IMG/VR virus record: IMGVR_UViG_3300031998_000007
Source: a virus
Lineage: Duplodnaviria > Heunggongvirae > Uroviricota > Caudoviricetes
Direction: 5' to 3' (one strand)
Length of the DNA: 64,000 nt
The position numbers and the translations under genes are program-made. Below, piece by piece: positions 18,949 through 28,240 of the stretch. Numbering within the stretch: position 1 is the stretch's first letter; each line of letters opens with the position of its first letter. Below the pieces are notes generated by a model. That model searched no databases. It was given only the letters and a program-made list of their open reading frames with translations, and was not told where the DNA came from.

Positions 18949-20691
18949 TTAACTCCTGGGGGTGCCATGCACCGTGAAGAACTGGATTTTGTTTTGTGCG
19001 GAACGCTCGGAAACCTGCGTCGCCGTGTACAATGACTGGTTGAACGTATCGAATATGCTAAAGTCCACGGGAAGACTCTCTACCGCGCAGTCAACTCCGC
19101 GGACAGCGCCTGGGTTCACCGTGCCGTCAACCAAATTTTTCATGAAGTTGTGGGTGTGGTTCTTCGGCGCATACTCGTCACCGGAGTCATCGTTCTGGCA
19201 TCCGTTTACGCCCGCGGTCATGCGGTCCATGCGCTGCTTCATGATGGCCATGTCGAGGCCCACATCAGTGATGGCCTCCGCCTGGCTTGCCGTAGCGATG
19301 AGCTGGTTCTCGTACCAGGTTATCGCATTGTCCTCATACATGTTGTAGAAGACGGAAGCGTCGCGGATAACGGACCCGGTGTCCTTGTCGCCCAAGTTGA
19401 GGTCCACGTTTACCTTGTAGGTGCTGGTCTCGCCAGAACCTTCACGGAGATACACCGTCGTATCGAGGTCAACCACGGCAAACAGAATCGGCTCGGCATT
19501 GCCGTCGATTTCGAACTGCACACGGAAATCCTCACAACCGCTGCGATTTGTCGCATTGTTTTCGGACTTGTAGAAACGGTGGACAGTCATCTTCGCAGCA
19601 TAGATGCCGATACGGTTGAACTTGATGCTGCTTTCCTTGGTCTGGAACAGGTCGGCCCCGCCGATACTGGTAATTCCACTTGTACCCGACTGAGTAATAG
19701 CGCGAGTGGCAACCGTATTGTAAATGTCATCGAGTGACATGTTGATGCTGAAACGGAGCGTGCTGGCAATCTTCTTGCCAGGAAGGATGGAGGATGCCCC
19801 TTCCTTCGCGTTCACCACCTTGTAATGGCTAATCGGGAAGAGCCTCGTCACCTTCGCCATGTTGCGACAGGACGGTTCGTAATCGACCAGGAACCCCTCG
19901 GAACTTGCCGGGGCATGATAACGGTTGTAGTTGGAAATCGACTTGAACTTCCAGTATTGTTCACACAAGCAGTTGTAGTCCGGTTCCAACGGCTGGGTCG
20001 GATCGCCGTTCAGCCCATCCTGGGTGTAGGTCTTGTTGGCGGACAGCCACTGGCGGGTGTCCACGCCATTCACGGCAGCGTTGAACGGGTCACCGCCTTC
20101 CGGGACAGTGGCAGTCTTGCCGATATAGGCGCGGGTGTCCGTAGTCACGGCAGGCAAATCGCCATTCTTCGGGTAATCCGCGAAATCTCCCATGTCCTCA
20201 GCGGTCGCGGGCGGATTGTTGAACGGTTCGGCACCATCGGTAAAGAACAGCGGGGCGGGAAGCGGAAGTCCCGTCAAGTCACCGTCCGCACCAACGCCGC
20301 GGAAAACGCACGCGCCGGAAACGTCGGAGGCGGAACTGTCAGTAGTCCCGCGGAACATGACGAGGTTGTTGTTCCCGTTCTTGTCGAGAACATAACGGAA
20401 GCGGGACATCAGGTTGGACGTGTACATCGCCACGCCGCCAAGTTCCGCGGCGGACGTGCCCTGCGCATAGCCGCCCGCAACCATCGAACCCTGCCACAGG
20501 TTGTAGATGTGGTCGCCCTTCTTCGTGAGCGAAGTCATGGTGGCTTTCAGCTCATCGTCCTTGCCCTCCATGCGTTCTTCTGCCGGGACAAAGGCGAGAC
20601 CGTAATAGCCAATCCAATAGGTATCACCGCCGGCCTGCGGCACGGTGTTAAGGAGGTCCAAGCCTGCTTTCGTGATTACGGTACTAGCCAT
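18949..20691 (-). CDS. Tail-collar fibre/baseplate protein (DUF3751-like)
   Basis: MASTVITKAGLDLL N-terminus, FNRIGIYA...ILFAVV, C-terminal YAPKNHTH; start moved to 20691 because 20718 abuts the promoter motif. Confidence 0.6.
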   Translation of the reverse strand: MASTVITKAGLDLLNTVPQAGGDTYWIGYYGLAFVPAEERMEGKDDELKATMTSLTKKGDHIYNLWQGSMVAGGYAQGTSAAELGGVAMYTSNLMSRFRYVLDKNGNNNLVMFRGTTDSSASDVSGACVFRGVGADGDLTGLPLPAPLFFTDGAEPFNNPPATAEDMGDFADYPKNGDLPAVTTDTRAYIGKTATVPEGGDPFNAAVNGVDTRQWLSANKTYTQDGLNGDPTQPLEPDYNCLCEQYWKFKSISNYNRYHAPASSEGFLVDYEPSCRNMAKVTRLFPISHYKVVNAKEGASSILPGKKIASTLRFSINMSLDDIYNTVATRAITQSGTSGITSIGGADLFQTKESSIKFNRIGIYAAKMTVHRFYKSENNATNRSGCEDFRVQFEIDGNAEPILFAVVDLDTTVYLREGSGETSTYKVNVDLNLGDKDTGSVIRDASVFYNMYEDNAITWYENQLIATASQAEAITDVGLDMAIMKQRMDRMTAGVNGCQNDDSGDEYAPKNHTHNFMKNLVDGTVNPGAVRGVDCAVESLPVDFSIFDTFNQSLYTATQVSERSAQNKIQFFTVHGTPRS

Positions 20692-20715
20692 CTGGGCTGC
20701 CCAATTAAACTCGTC

Positions 20716-20765
20716 CATAGTTTATAAGTCGCCGTCCGCCAAAGGCAACCCGTTTTATAAACTAT
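20716..20765. promoter_or_regulatory. Second divergent pair of putative late promoters
   Basis: TATAAACT on minus at 20719-20726 and on plus at 20756-20763. Confidence 0.7.
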
Positions 20766-20789
20766 CAAGGAAATACCCAGAGTTTCAGC

Positions 20790-21293
20790 ATGCAGTCACA
20801 ACTTTCCGTCGCAATCTCGGACTTCAAGAACTCCGTAATCAAGCTCGCGTCGCACTTCCCAAGCGAACAGCTGGCTTTCAACGCCATCCTGGAAGCGGCC
20901 GGCGGTGCACCCAAGTGGTCCCTCCCGGACGACAAACGCTACATCAGCAAGGACAAGCGGAAGCTCCTCGCAATCCAGTGGTCGAACAACGGGGAAAACA
21001 TCAGCGACGAAGACTACGAGGCCGGGTACGACTGCTATGCAATCGGCGACCTCTACAATCTCCCGGAAGGGTTCGATGTCAGCACCCTCCCGAAGGGCAA
21101 CTACGAGCTCGACAAGTGGGACTACAGCGGCCCGGAGCCGGTGTACAGGGGGCTGGACCTCGAAGCCAACCTCACGCAGATGCTCTACAAGTCCAGCGAA
21201 CCTCAGCCGTCCGAGGCCAAGGTCGTCGAGGACATCATGGGAACCCCGCAGGCACAGTTTGCCGCGGAATGGGATCCGCTCCCCTGCGAATAG
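20790..21293 (+). CDS. Hypothetical protein, candidate internal head protein
   Basis: Has its own late motif and terminator; AILE at residues 32-35. Confidence 0.75.
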   Translation: MQSQLSVAISDFKNSVIKLASHFPSEQLAFNAILEAAGGAPKWSLPDDKRYISKDKRKLLAIQWSNNGENISDEDYEAGYDCYAIGDLYNLPEGFDVSTLPKGNYELDKWDYSGPEPVYRGLDLEANLTQMLYKSSEPQPSEAKVVEDIMGTPQAQFAAEWDPLPCE

Positions 21294-21310
21294 CCCTACC
21301 CAATTTCAAG

Positions 21311-21338
21311 ACGGGTCCGCAATCGCGGGCCCGTTTTT
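21311..21338 (+). terminator. Rho-independent terminator
   Basis: ACGGGTCCGC-AATC-GCGGGCCCGT followed by a T tract, between convergent genes. Confidence 0.8.
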
Positions 21339-21527
21339 CTATGCAGGCAATACCTGGCCTGTCTTGGCGTCATATTTCAGGCACTTCCTGAAATTCTTGG
21401 CAGCCTTCTTCATCAGCCTCTTCGCCTCGGCATGCGACAGCGGCCTGGTATCTATTTTGATGACGGTCTTATTCGCGTTCGGGTCGCGACCGCCCATTAC
21501 GATTCCTTCGTCTGGTAACTTGCTCAT
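21339..21527 (-). CDS. Small basic hypothetical protein (62 aa), probably leaderless
   Basis: TTTG-TATATT motif ends 6 nt before the ATG. Confidence 0.6.
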   Translation of the reverse strand: MSKLPDEGIVMGGRDPNANKTVIKIDTRPLSHAEAKRLMKKAAKNFRKCLKYDAKTGQVLPA

Positions 21528-21539
21528 ATCCTAAATATA

Positions 21540-21573
21540 CAAAAAGGCGGCAGGGCCGAAACCCTGCCACCTT
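21540..21573 (-). terminator. Rho-independent terminator after the major capsid gene
   Basis: Minus strand AAGGTGGCAGGG-TTTCGG-CCCTGCCGCC followed by TTTTTT. Confidence 0.8.
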
Positions 21574-21605
21574 AATATTGTCCGTCAGTAAACGGACTGG
21601 GCTGG

Positions 21606-23102
21606 TTACCAGTTGCCGCTTTCCTGAGTGAGGCCCGCCGGAGCGTTCACGAGCGCGTTGGACTGGAGCTCGTAGGAGAGACCCGGTTCGAGGCTTGCAC
21701 CGAGAGATGCGTTGCTTTCCCACGGGTTGGCGGTCACGTCGAAGCCAGCGATCACAGAGTTCATGTTGAGGAACTGAACCATGCGGTAGAACTGGCCGGC
21801 GCCGAGGAGGTTGGCGATCACGGCGTAACGGGACTTAACGATCAAGCGCGGAGAACCGTCTTCCTGACCGGCCGTCTTCACGAAGATGTACGGAATGTAC
21901 GGCATCATAATGATTCCGGATTCACCCTGGTTCTGACCCTTGAATCCCACGAGGGCGTAGGAAACGCTAGAGTAGATGTCCTGGTACATCTGGATACCGA
22001 CCGGGAGCTTACCGATGTTTGCAACACCACCGGCCGGCTGGTTGGTCATATCCTGCATGTTGCCGTTGAAGTAGATTGCACCCTGAACGGTAGAGATTGC
22101 AGCACCGACGTCCGGGGACACGATGGCAAAGTTACCGCAACCCATACGGGTCGTGAGGGAGATCTTGCGGCTCACAGCGATGAGGGTGGAGATGATGCCG
22201 GAAGCGATGCGTTCGGCAGGCCAACGACCCTGGGCAGGACCGTTGTTCACGATGGCGAGGTCAACCACGATCGGCTTTTCACCACCGAGGGCCGGGTTCT
22301 GGGCAACGATGCACATGGCCATGAGGATTTCACGGTCCTGTTCCTGCTGCACTTCGAACTGGAGAGCTTCGAGGAGGAGAGCTTCCACGTCCTGGCCATG
22401 GCCGGCAGCCATGTCTTGCTGGAGTTCGAGCGTGTAGTGGCTCTTGATTGCGCGAGTACCTACGCGGTAGGCACCGGAAATCACCTTGACAGAGGCCTTC
22501 TTGATGTTGTAGGAGTAACCACCGAAGGAGTCATCCCCATCCATCTGCTGGCCGGCAAAGCGACCGAAGTTGTTGAAGAGCTGGCCACCCGGTTCCTGCG
22601 TAGCAGCGAAGCCGTTGGCACCGCGGGCGCGACCGTAGATGTCAGTGCCTTCCGAGTAGTTGGAAAGCATTTCACCTGCGCCGGTAGACCACGGGTTCAG
22701 GAAGCCTGCGAAGGAAGTGTGGTCACCGACGAGGTCGTAACCAATTTCCTGCTTCTGGCCCTGACGGAAGGCAACGGACTTGAGCGGTTCGTTGTCATAC
22801 AGGTAACGAAGGGCGAAGTAGATGCCGTTCGGGGTCGTAGTCGGGATCACGCTGACCGTGTTCATGGCCAGGAGTTCCTGGAACTTACGACGGATCATCG
22901 GGAGGGCATACTGTTGGTACTGGGCAACGTCAGACGAGACGTTGGCACCTTCGGTAAGCACACCCTTGTTGCACTTGTTCTGGTTTTCGCACATCACAGC
23001 AAGGATGCTGGCTTCAGTGCGGGTCTTCGGAGCCGGACCCATGTTGCTTTCGAGGAAAGCACGCCACTTATGGGTAAGGCTGTTCTTCACTGGATTCTGC
23101 AT
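21606..23102 (-). CDS. gp23: Major capsid protein, T4 gp23-like
   Basis: LPMIRR, GIYFALRYLY, TRAIKSHYTLELQQD, DREIL, GNFAIVSPDV, PYIP, KSRY motifs. Confidence 0.95.
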   Translation of the reverse strand: MQNPVKNSLTHKWRAFLESNMGPAPKTRTEASILAVMCENQNKCNKGVLTEGANVSSDVAQYQQYALPMIRRKFQELLAMNTVSVIPTTTPNGIYFALRYLYDNEPLKSVAFRQGQKQEIGYDLVGDHTSFAGFLNPWSTGAGEMLSNYSEGTDIYGRARGANGFAATQEPGGQLFNNFGRFAGQQMDGDDSFGGYSYNIKKASVKVISGAYRVGTRAIKSHYTLELQQDMAAGHGQDVEALLLEALQFEVQQEQDREILMAMCIVAQNPALGGEKPIVVDLAIVNNGPAQGRWPAERIASGIISTLIAVSRKISLTTRMGCGNFAIVSPDVGAAISTVQGAIYFNGNMQDMTNQPAGGVANIGKLPVGIQMYQDIYSSVSYALVGFKGQNQGESGIIMMPYIPYIFVKTAGQEDGSPRLIVKSRYAVIANLLGAGQFYRMVQFLNMNSVIAGFDVTANPWESNASLGASLEPGLSYELQSNALVNAPAGLTQESGNW

Positions 23103-23238
23103 ATTTGCAATTCCTTTTGGTTAGGGTTTCTGAACCTGGCAGAAACCCGCATCCGCGACCTTCTACCGAAAATTCACCTCATGTTTAGTATTTCCGGGGG
23201 ACCCGTCCAAAAACGGTCGAAAATCATACATTGAAATG

Positions 23239-23274
23239 AAAAAAGCACCCGGAACGGTCGTTCCAGGTGCCTTT
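23239..23274 (-). terminator. Rho-independent terminator after the portal gene
   Basis: GCACC.GGAACG/CGTTCC.GGTGC stem with a minus-strand T tract. Confidence 0.75.
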
Positions 23275-23288
23275 CAGGAGGTCATGCG

Positions 23289-24980
23289 CTACCCTAACGG
23301 CGGTGCTCCGGCGCCTTCGCCACCCCCTCCGGCTTCGCCTTCGCCTTCGGCAGGGGCCTCGCCGGCAGCCTCGGCCTTCTCGCGGGCCAGCCATTCGGCG
23401 TTCTTCGTGTATTCGTCGTCGTTGAGACGGAGACCGTACTTCAAGGCGAACTTCTTGGAAAGCGGCGCATCCGGTTTTTCCTTGGAGATGGTGTTGTCCA
23501 TCATCTTCGAGAACGTTTCGAGGCGGGAACCCCACACATCGGCGTCGATGAAGTTCTGGAAGCCGTTGGAACGCCTGAACTTCACGCTGAAATTCTCGCG
23601 GACCTTGATGTCGTCGTTGTATTCCTTGTGGGTTTCGAGCACCATCACGAACAGTCGGATCATGATGTCCTCGACCGGCGCCTGATACTTCTGCACCAGC
23701 TTGGCGAACGAGACTTCGGCCTGAGTGACTTCGCCAATCTTGCCGTTGGAGTAGTTGTTGCTGTCCCCGGCAAGCGCGGTGATACGGCCCGGGGGCACCA
23801 TCATCGAGTTGACGAGGTTGCGCTTGAAGAATTTCAGGTCGTCGATGTTGCCGAGCTGCTCGCCGCCCTGCATCCTCTCGATTGTCGAACCGGTACGGCC
23901 CTTCGCGAGGGACACGAGATAGTGCTCCGTAAGGCCCACGACCTTGCCGAAGTTCGTAATCTCGCCAGTCATCGGGTTGTAGTCGAGGTGGCGGGAGAAC
24001 TGCTTGGCCTGATCCTTCATGAACTTTTCGGCCTGCATGCGGTTCATGCCCGACGTATCAATCTTCATCATCAGCTTCTCGGAACCCCAGAGAACGCGAT
24101 ACATGACCACGCTGTCCTCGATGGTGTTGAGTTGATTGTAAGGCTTCATGGCCGGTTCCAGGATGGAACGGGTGTCGTTGATGCCGCCCGGACCATACAT
24201 GCCGAGGGAGGCATAGAGGATCTGGTTCGGCGAATAGTCGATGTAGTTCTTTCCGCCCGTCTGGGAGAAGGCCGCGCCGCTCAACATCTGGCGGAAGCCG
24301 ATGATGAGGTTGTTCTGGTAGATAATGACCATGTTCTCCTCGGGGAGCATGTTCAGGCCGACTATCTGCCGGGTCTTCGGGTCATAGATGATTTCGTAGA
24401 ACAGGCGCCCGCGGGTGAGCAAGTAGCGCATCTGTTCCGCGCCGACACGGCGGAAGTTCATGATGCGGCGGAGGACTTCCTGCCGGAAGATGCGGCAGAG
24501 TTCCTTCTTGACCGGATCGCCCACGGCGAGGTCCTGGTCGATTTCAAGCGAGCAGATGTCGCCGATGTCGTCCTCATAGACCGCCTCGTTGCAAATCTGG
24601 ATGAGGGATTCGTTCACCTCGGCACGCTTCGCGACCGTATCGTATTTGAGTGCGCGTTCCACGTTCTTGCGCCAGAACAGGTTGACCTGGTTCTCGGCGA
24701 CCGCGTTCTGGAACTGCTGCGGGTCGAACCTCTCGTCGGAGAAGTTGTAGGCCGGAGTGTATGTGCTGAACCCGTCGGTCGCGCTGCCGTTCGGGTATGT
24801 CATCTGGGTGATACCTTCGCCGACAGTATTCTCGGCGGCAGTCACCTCACGTAGTCTGTCTTCCCTGTTGAAAAGACGTTCAAATACGGCACCCTTCGGG
24901 TTGCCGATGCCAAAGTCCCTGGCATGCTTCAAGACCTTGGTACTCCAGGTCTCTCTCGGTTTTTCGGGTTGCGTCAGCAT
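23289..24980 (-). CDS. gp20: Portal protein, T4 gp20-like
   Basis: ICNEAV, GRLFY, NQLNTIEDSVVMYR, IDTSGM, GGEQLGNIDDLKFF, EVSFAKLV motifs. Confidence 0.92.
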   Translation of the reverse strand: MLTQPEKPRETWSTKVLKHARDFGIGNPKGAVFERLFNREDRLREVTAAENTVGEGITQMTYPNGSATDGFSTYTPAYNFSDERFDPQQFQNAVAENQVNLFWRKNVERALKYDTVAKRAEVNESLIQICNEAVYEDDIGDICSLEIDQDLAVGDPVKKELCRIFRQEVLRRIMNFRRVGAEQMRYLLTRGRLFYEIIYDPKTRQIVGLNMLPEENMVIIYQNNLIIGFRQMLSGAAFSQTGGKNYIDYSPNQILYASLGMYGPGGINDTRSILEPAMKPYNQLNTIEDSVVMYRVLWGSEKLMMKIDTSGMNRMQAEKFMKDQAKQFSRHLDYNPMTGEITNFGKVVGLTEHYLVSLAKGRTGSTIERMQGGEQLGNIDDLKFFKRNLVNSMMVPPGRITALAGDSNNYSNGKIGEVTQAEVSFAKLVQKYQAPVEDIMIRLFVMVLETHKEYNDDIKVRENFSVKFRRSNGFQNFIDADVWGSRLETFSKMMDNTISKEKPDAPLSKKFALKYGLRLNDDEYTKNAEWLAREKAEAAGEAPAEGEGEAGGGGEGAGAPPLG

Positions 24981-25005
24981 GAGTTACCCAATCCTTTCCT
25001 TAAAA

Positions 25006-25209
25006 CTATGTTTTGTCACCGTATGTGACCATGATGTCGTTGCAGCGGACCACAAATTGCGGTTTTCGCTGTTTTTCGTAAAATTCGCGCAGTTTCTTGT
25101 CCACGATCTGCTTCGCGAGCAAACGCACCGAAGGCGAGTGCTTGCAACCCGCCACGAGGAGGAAATCACATTCCTCGACATCGAATATCGGCAAGCCGTT
25201 ATACGCCAT
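25006..25209 (-). CDS. Small hypothetical protein (67 aa, MAYNGLPIFD...)
   Basis: ATG at 25209 overlaps the end of the upstream gene; fills the gap to the portal gene. Confidence 0.55.
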   Translation of the reverse strand: MAYNGLPIFDVEECDFLLVAGCKHSPSVRLLAKQIVDKKLREFYEKQRKPQFVVRCNDIMVTYGDKT

Positions 25210-25942
25210 CTTTCCCCACAGTGGATAACTGTTTCCAGTTCCCGGACAGGTCGTCCTGCGTCCCGTCACCGGCAAGGAGGCCGTGGCCGACAATCCACTT
25301 GGCCATCCTGACCAGCGTCAGGTAGCCCTCGTTGGTAAGGTCGCGGTAATCGGCGACACCCGACGACTTCATCAGACCGAGTATCTCGTCGGCAGAACCG
25401 ATGGAACGGATGGAGAAAGTGGACTCCACCGCATCCTTAATCTTGCCGAAAATCGGGGCAGCCGGCGTCCCGTCGGTCTTCATGCAGTAAAGCATGGCGG
25501 TGGCGACGGTCAATGCGCGGGAAACTCGCTCCGGGTAGGTGAGCTCGGAATCCTTGTCGAGATACGGCTCCCCGGTCCAGCGCTGTTCGGGCGGGAGATA
25601 GGTCAACTCCTCGACGATGGACACGATGCCGTCATACTTCGAGTGGATTTTGGACGGATCCGACGCGGAAGTCATGAGCATTAGCGTCTCAGCATCGTCA
25701 AAATCTGCAGGTAACGCCTTCACCTGGTCGCCGAGGACAGCGCGGAGGTTGAAAATCAGCCGGTCCAAGGGCGTGTATGCCCAGAACGCCTTGATGTTGT
25801 CAGCCCTGGCCGCACCGAAACTGTCAACCGCACCCACCTGATAGGAGTCGGAGACGTTTATCGGCTCGCGCAAGCGCTTCACCAGATACGCATACACCAT
25901 GCGGTCAAATTCTAGCTTCCTGTTCTGGTATCTCTTCGCCAT
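25199..25942 (-). CDS. Hypothetical protein (247 aa)
   Basis: Coupled to neighbours in a late operon; GAGGA RBS. Confidence 0.75.
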   Translation of the reverse strand: MAKRYQNRKLEFDRMVYAYLVKRLREPINVSDSYQVGAVDSFGAARADNIKAFWAYTPLDRLIFNLRAVLGDQVKALPADFDDAETLMLMTSASDPSKIHSKYDGIVSIVEELTYLPPEQRWTGEPYLDKDSELTYPERVSRALTVATAMLYCMKTDGTPAAPIFGKIKDAVESTFSIRSIGSADEILGLMKSSGVADYRDLTNEGYLTLVRMAKWIVGHGLLAGDGTQDDLSGNWKQLSTVGKDGV

Positions 25943-25945
25943 ACT

Positions 25946-28123
25946 TTATCCTCTCGCTGCGGCTACCTGGTCATTGGTGAAGCACGCGTCAAACATGTCC
26001 TTGTTCAAAAGGTTCGCATTGGCAACCTTCACGTCCACCGTCGGCAGAGGCATCGCGCCACCTGCATCCTCGGGAACGTGCGGATGCCCGAAATCGCACC
26101 ACACCTCGATATGGAACGCCGGGTCGTCGCCCGGTCCGCCGTATTCGGCCTTCGGCGCAAGGAACGACCGGAGATAGCCGGCCTTCTTCGCCGCCATGCA
26201 GGCGCCGTGAAGGCGCATGAGCTGTTCGGAAGAATAGCGGAACCTCGACTTGGTGGAGTTCGGGCCGATGTCGATTGCCTGCATGATGGTACCATCGCTT
26301 ACGTGACGGGAAACAAACTTGCCCTCGTTCATGCACTTCTTGACCTGCTCGGTCATCGCACAGCGGGCTTCCTCCACTTCGGAACCCTGCAGCTTCACGA
26401 CGGCGCCGTTATGGTGCTTCTTGGAAACTTCGTCATACTTGTCGTCAACCGACCTTCCCGGCGGGGCGTATGTGACCGGGCGCCCGCCATTCGCGTTGAG
26501 GCGGTTGCCGAGCATGGTCTGCGCCTGTTTCTCGGGCGAACGATAAATCGACGTAACCACGAGCCCCTGTATGCCGGCCTCTCGGCAGATATAGCGCAAC
26601 GTGGCCATCGAGATGTCGGTAAGCGGGACCTCCGTCTGGCATGCGACATGGATGTCGATGTCACCCGGGTCGTTCGGTATCTTGATGGAGTCGTTCCCGT
26701 AAACCTTGAACGGGGCCTTGACCAGCTTGAAGAAGCCACGGCTTTCCACAGCCTCCTTCACGATGTCCTTGTTCGTAAGGACCTTGCCGTAAGTAATAGT
26801 CCCCATTCCGAGGTAGTCATAGATACGGTTCGCCTCGTCCACGCGACGCTTACGCAGCTCGTCCGCGTGCGGGTTGCTGCCATAGGTCATGCGGGAAATC
26901 ACGTCGGCGAGCATGGCAAAATACAAATTCGCCAGCTTGGTATTCTTCGGGACGCCATCGGGGCACTCGCGCCATTCGTATGAACCCTTCTTGACCTTCT
27001 GCTTGGTCTTGCCGTCCATGTATTCCGTCCCGTCAATCTCTATCAGGGCAAGGCTGCGGGTGGCGCCAGTATGATAGTTCATACCGGTATTCACCAGATA
27101 CGAAATCAGGCAGCTTTCCGGCGATGTGTCCGGGTTCAGCGCAAGACCGTTCGTCTTGATGTAGCTGCAGACGGCAGTCTTCACCGGTTCCGGGCAGGAA
27201 TTGTTCGTGAGGCATCCCCAATGGAGATATGCCCAGTTGTTGCGGTTGCTGATTACGCCCCACAGCGTCATCTGGATATACTTGAAATAGGATGCCCGCA
27301 TCTGCCCGTCAGTGAGCTCGAGCCCGGACACAGCTTCGTCCTTCTCGATTTCCGCCTCCGAAGTCATCTTGGATGCCTTCATCAGGATGTCGAACTGCTC
27401 GGCGGTAATGCCGTTGGCCACGTCGCCTTCCGGCATGCCGTCACCGTTCGTCGTCGGGACACTGAAAATCATCTTCAAAACAAGGACATTCGCCTTCCCG
27501 CCCAAAGTAAGCGGGATGCCGGCGCCGATGGACGGACTGCCGTCAGGACCGATATAGACCTTCTTGCTCTTGAAAATCTCGTGGTCGTAAAGGAATGTCC
27601 AGTCCGCATTGAAATAACCGGGCTTGAAGCAGGACGCGATGTCCACGGGAAGGCCCGGAAACCCGAGCGCAAGCGGCGGGATGAGATCCGGGTCGAACGG
27701 GTTGCCGCCCATAATCGCAGCAATCACCTGCTCCATCGACATAGTGGCGCCCTTGACGGCCTGGCCGCCCGGTATCGCAGACAGGATGCCAGTAACGGTG
27801 TCCATGGACGCCTTGTTCATCGTAGCACGCTGGTCCAGCTTGTCGACAATCTGTTCGAGGGTCGTAGTCATTACGCCATAATCCTCGTTCATCAGGAAAT
27901 CGGCAATCATGTCGGAAATGGAGTCGCACAACGCGGACATGCGGCGCTGATTGTATGCAGGAACACCGGCACGCTGCTCCGGTGTCAGGCCGTTGTTCTC
28001 GTCATCAATGTCATAGAAACCGCGCTCGTTGAGGATGCTATAAAAGGCGCCATCGCGTCCGCGTGTCGCCTTGTTGGCCCTCTCAATAGCCGATGTCAAA
28101 CGTCCACTAAAATGTCCCGGCAT
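25946..28123 (-). CDS. Putative baseplate hub/virion peptidoglycan hydrolase (lysozyme-like plus M15 zinc peptidase)
   Basis: HE...KVYIGPDGSPSIGAG and RRVDEA (GH24/pesticin-like); TSIYRSP..SRHVSDG..QAIDI..FHIE (M15); late motif at 28147-28154. Confidence 0.6.
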   Translation of the reverse strand: MPGHFSGRLTSAIERANKATRGRDGAFYSILNERGFYDIDDENNGLTPEQRAGVPAYNQRRMSALCDSISDMIADFLMNEDYGVMTTTLEQIVDKLDQRATMNKASMDTVTGILSAIPGGQAVKGATMSMEQVIAAIMGGNPFDPDLIPPLALGFPGLPVDIASCFKPGYFNADWTFLYDHEIFKSKKVYIGPDGSPSIGAGIPLTLGGKANVLVLKMIFSVPTTNGDGMPEGDVANGITAEQFDILMKASKMTSEAEIEKDEAVSGLELTDGQMRASYFKYIQMTLWGVISNRNNWAYLHWGCLTNNSCPEPVKTAVCSYIKTNGLALNPDTSPESCLISYLVNTGMNYHTGATRSLALIEIDGTEYMDGKTKQKVKKGSYEWRECPDGVPKNTKLANLYFAMLADVISRMTYGSNPHADELRKRRVDEANRIYDYLGMGTITYGKVLTNKDIVKEAVESRGFFKLVKAPFKVYGNDSIKIPNDPGDIDIHVACQTEVPLTDISMATLRYICREAGIQGLVVTSIYRSPEKQAQTMLGNRLNANGGRPVTYAPPGRSVDDKYDEVSKKHHNGAVVKLQGSEVEEARCAMTEQVKKCMNEGKFVSRHVSDGTIMQAIDIGPNSTKSRFRYSSEQLMRLHGACMAAKKAGYLRSFLAPKAEYGGPGDDPAFHIEVWCDFGHPHVPEDAGGAMPLPTVDVKVANANLLNKDMFDACFTNDQVAAARG

Positions 28124-28188
28124 CTACTGTTCCTTTTCTGGACTGTAGTTTATAGTCATTTTAGGGACAGTGGCTACAAAAACGTAGA

Positions 28189-28210
28189 AGACCCGCCGAT
28201 TGGCGGGTCT
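28189..28210 (-). terminator. Hairpin terminator after the scaffold-like gene
   Basis: AGACCCGCC-GATT-GGCGGGTCT. Confidence 0.65.
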
Positions 28211-28240
28211 ATTTCAAAGGAAGTTAGAGAATAAGTTCAA

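Noticed and set aside
24984-25181. Alternative 65-aa ORF upstream of portal
   Set aside because: The 25006..25209 frame has an ATG coupled to the upstream gene and more protein-like composition
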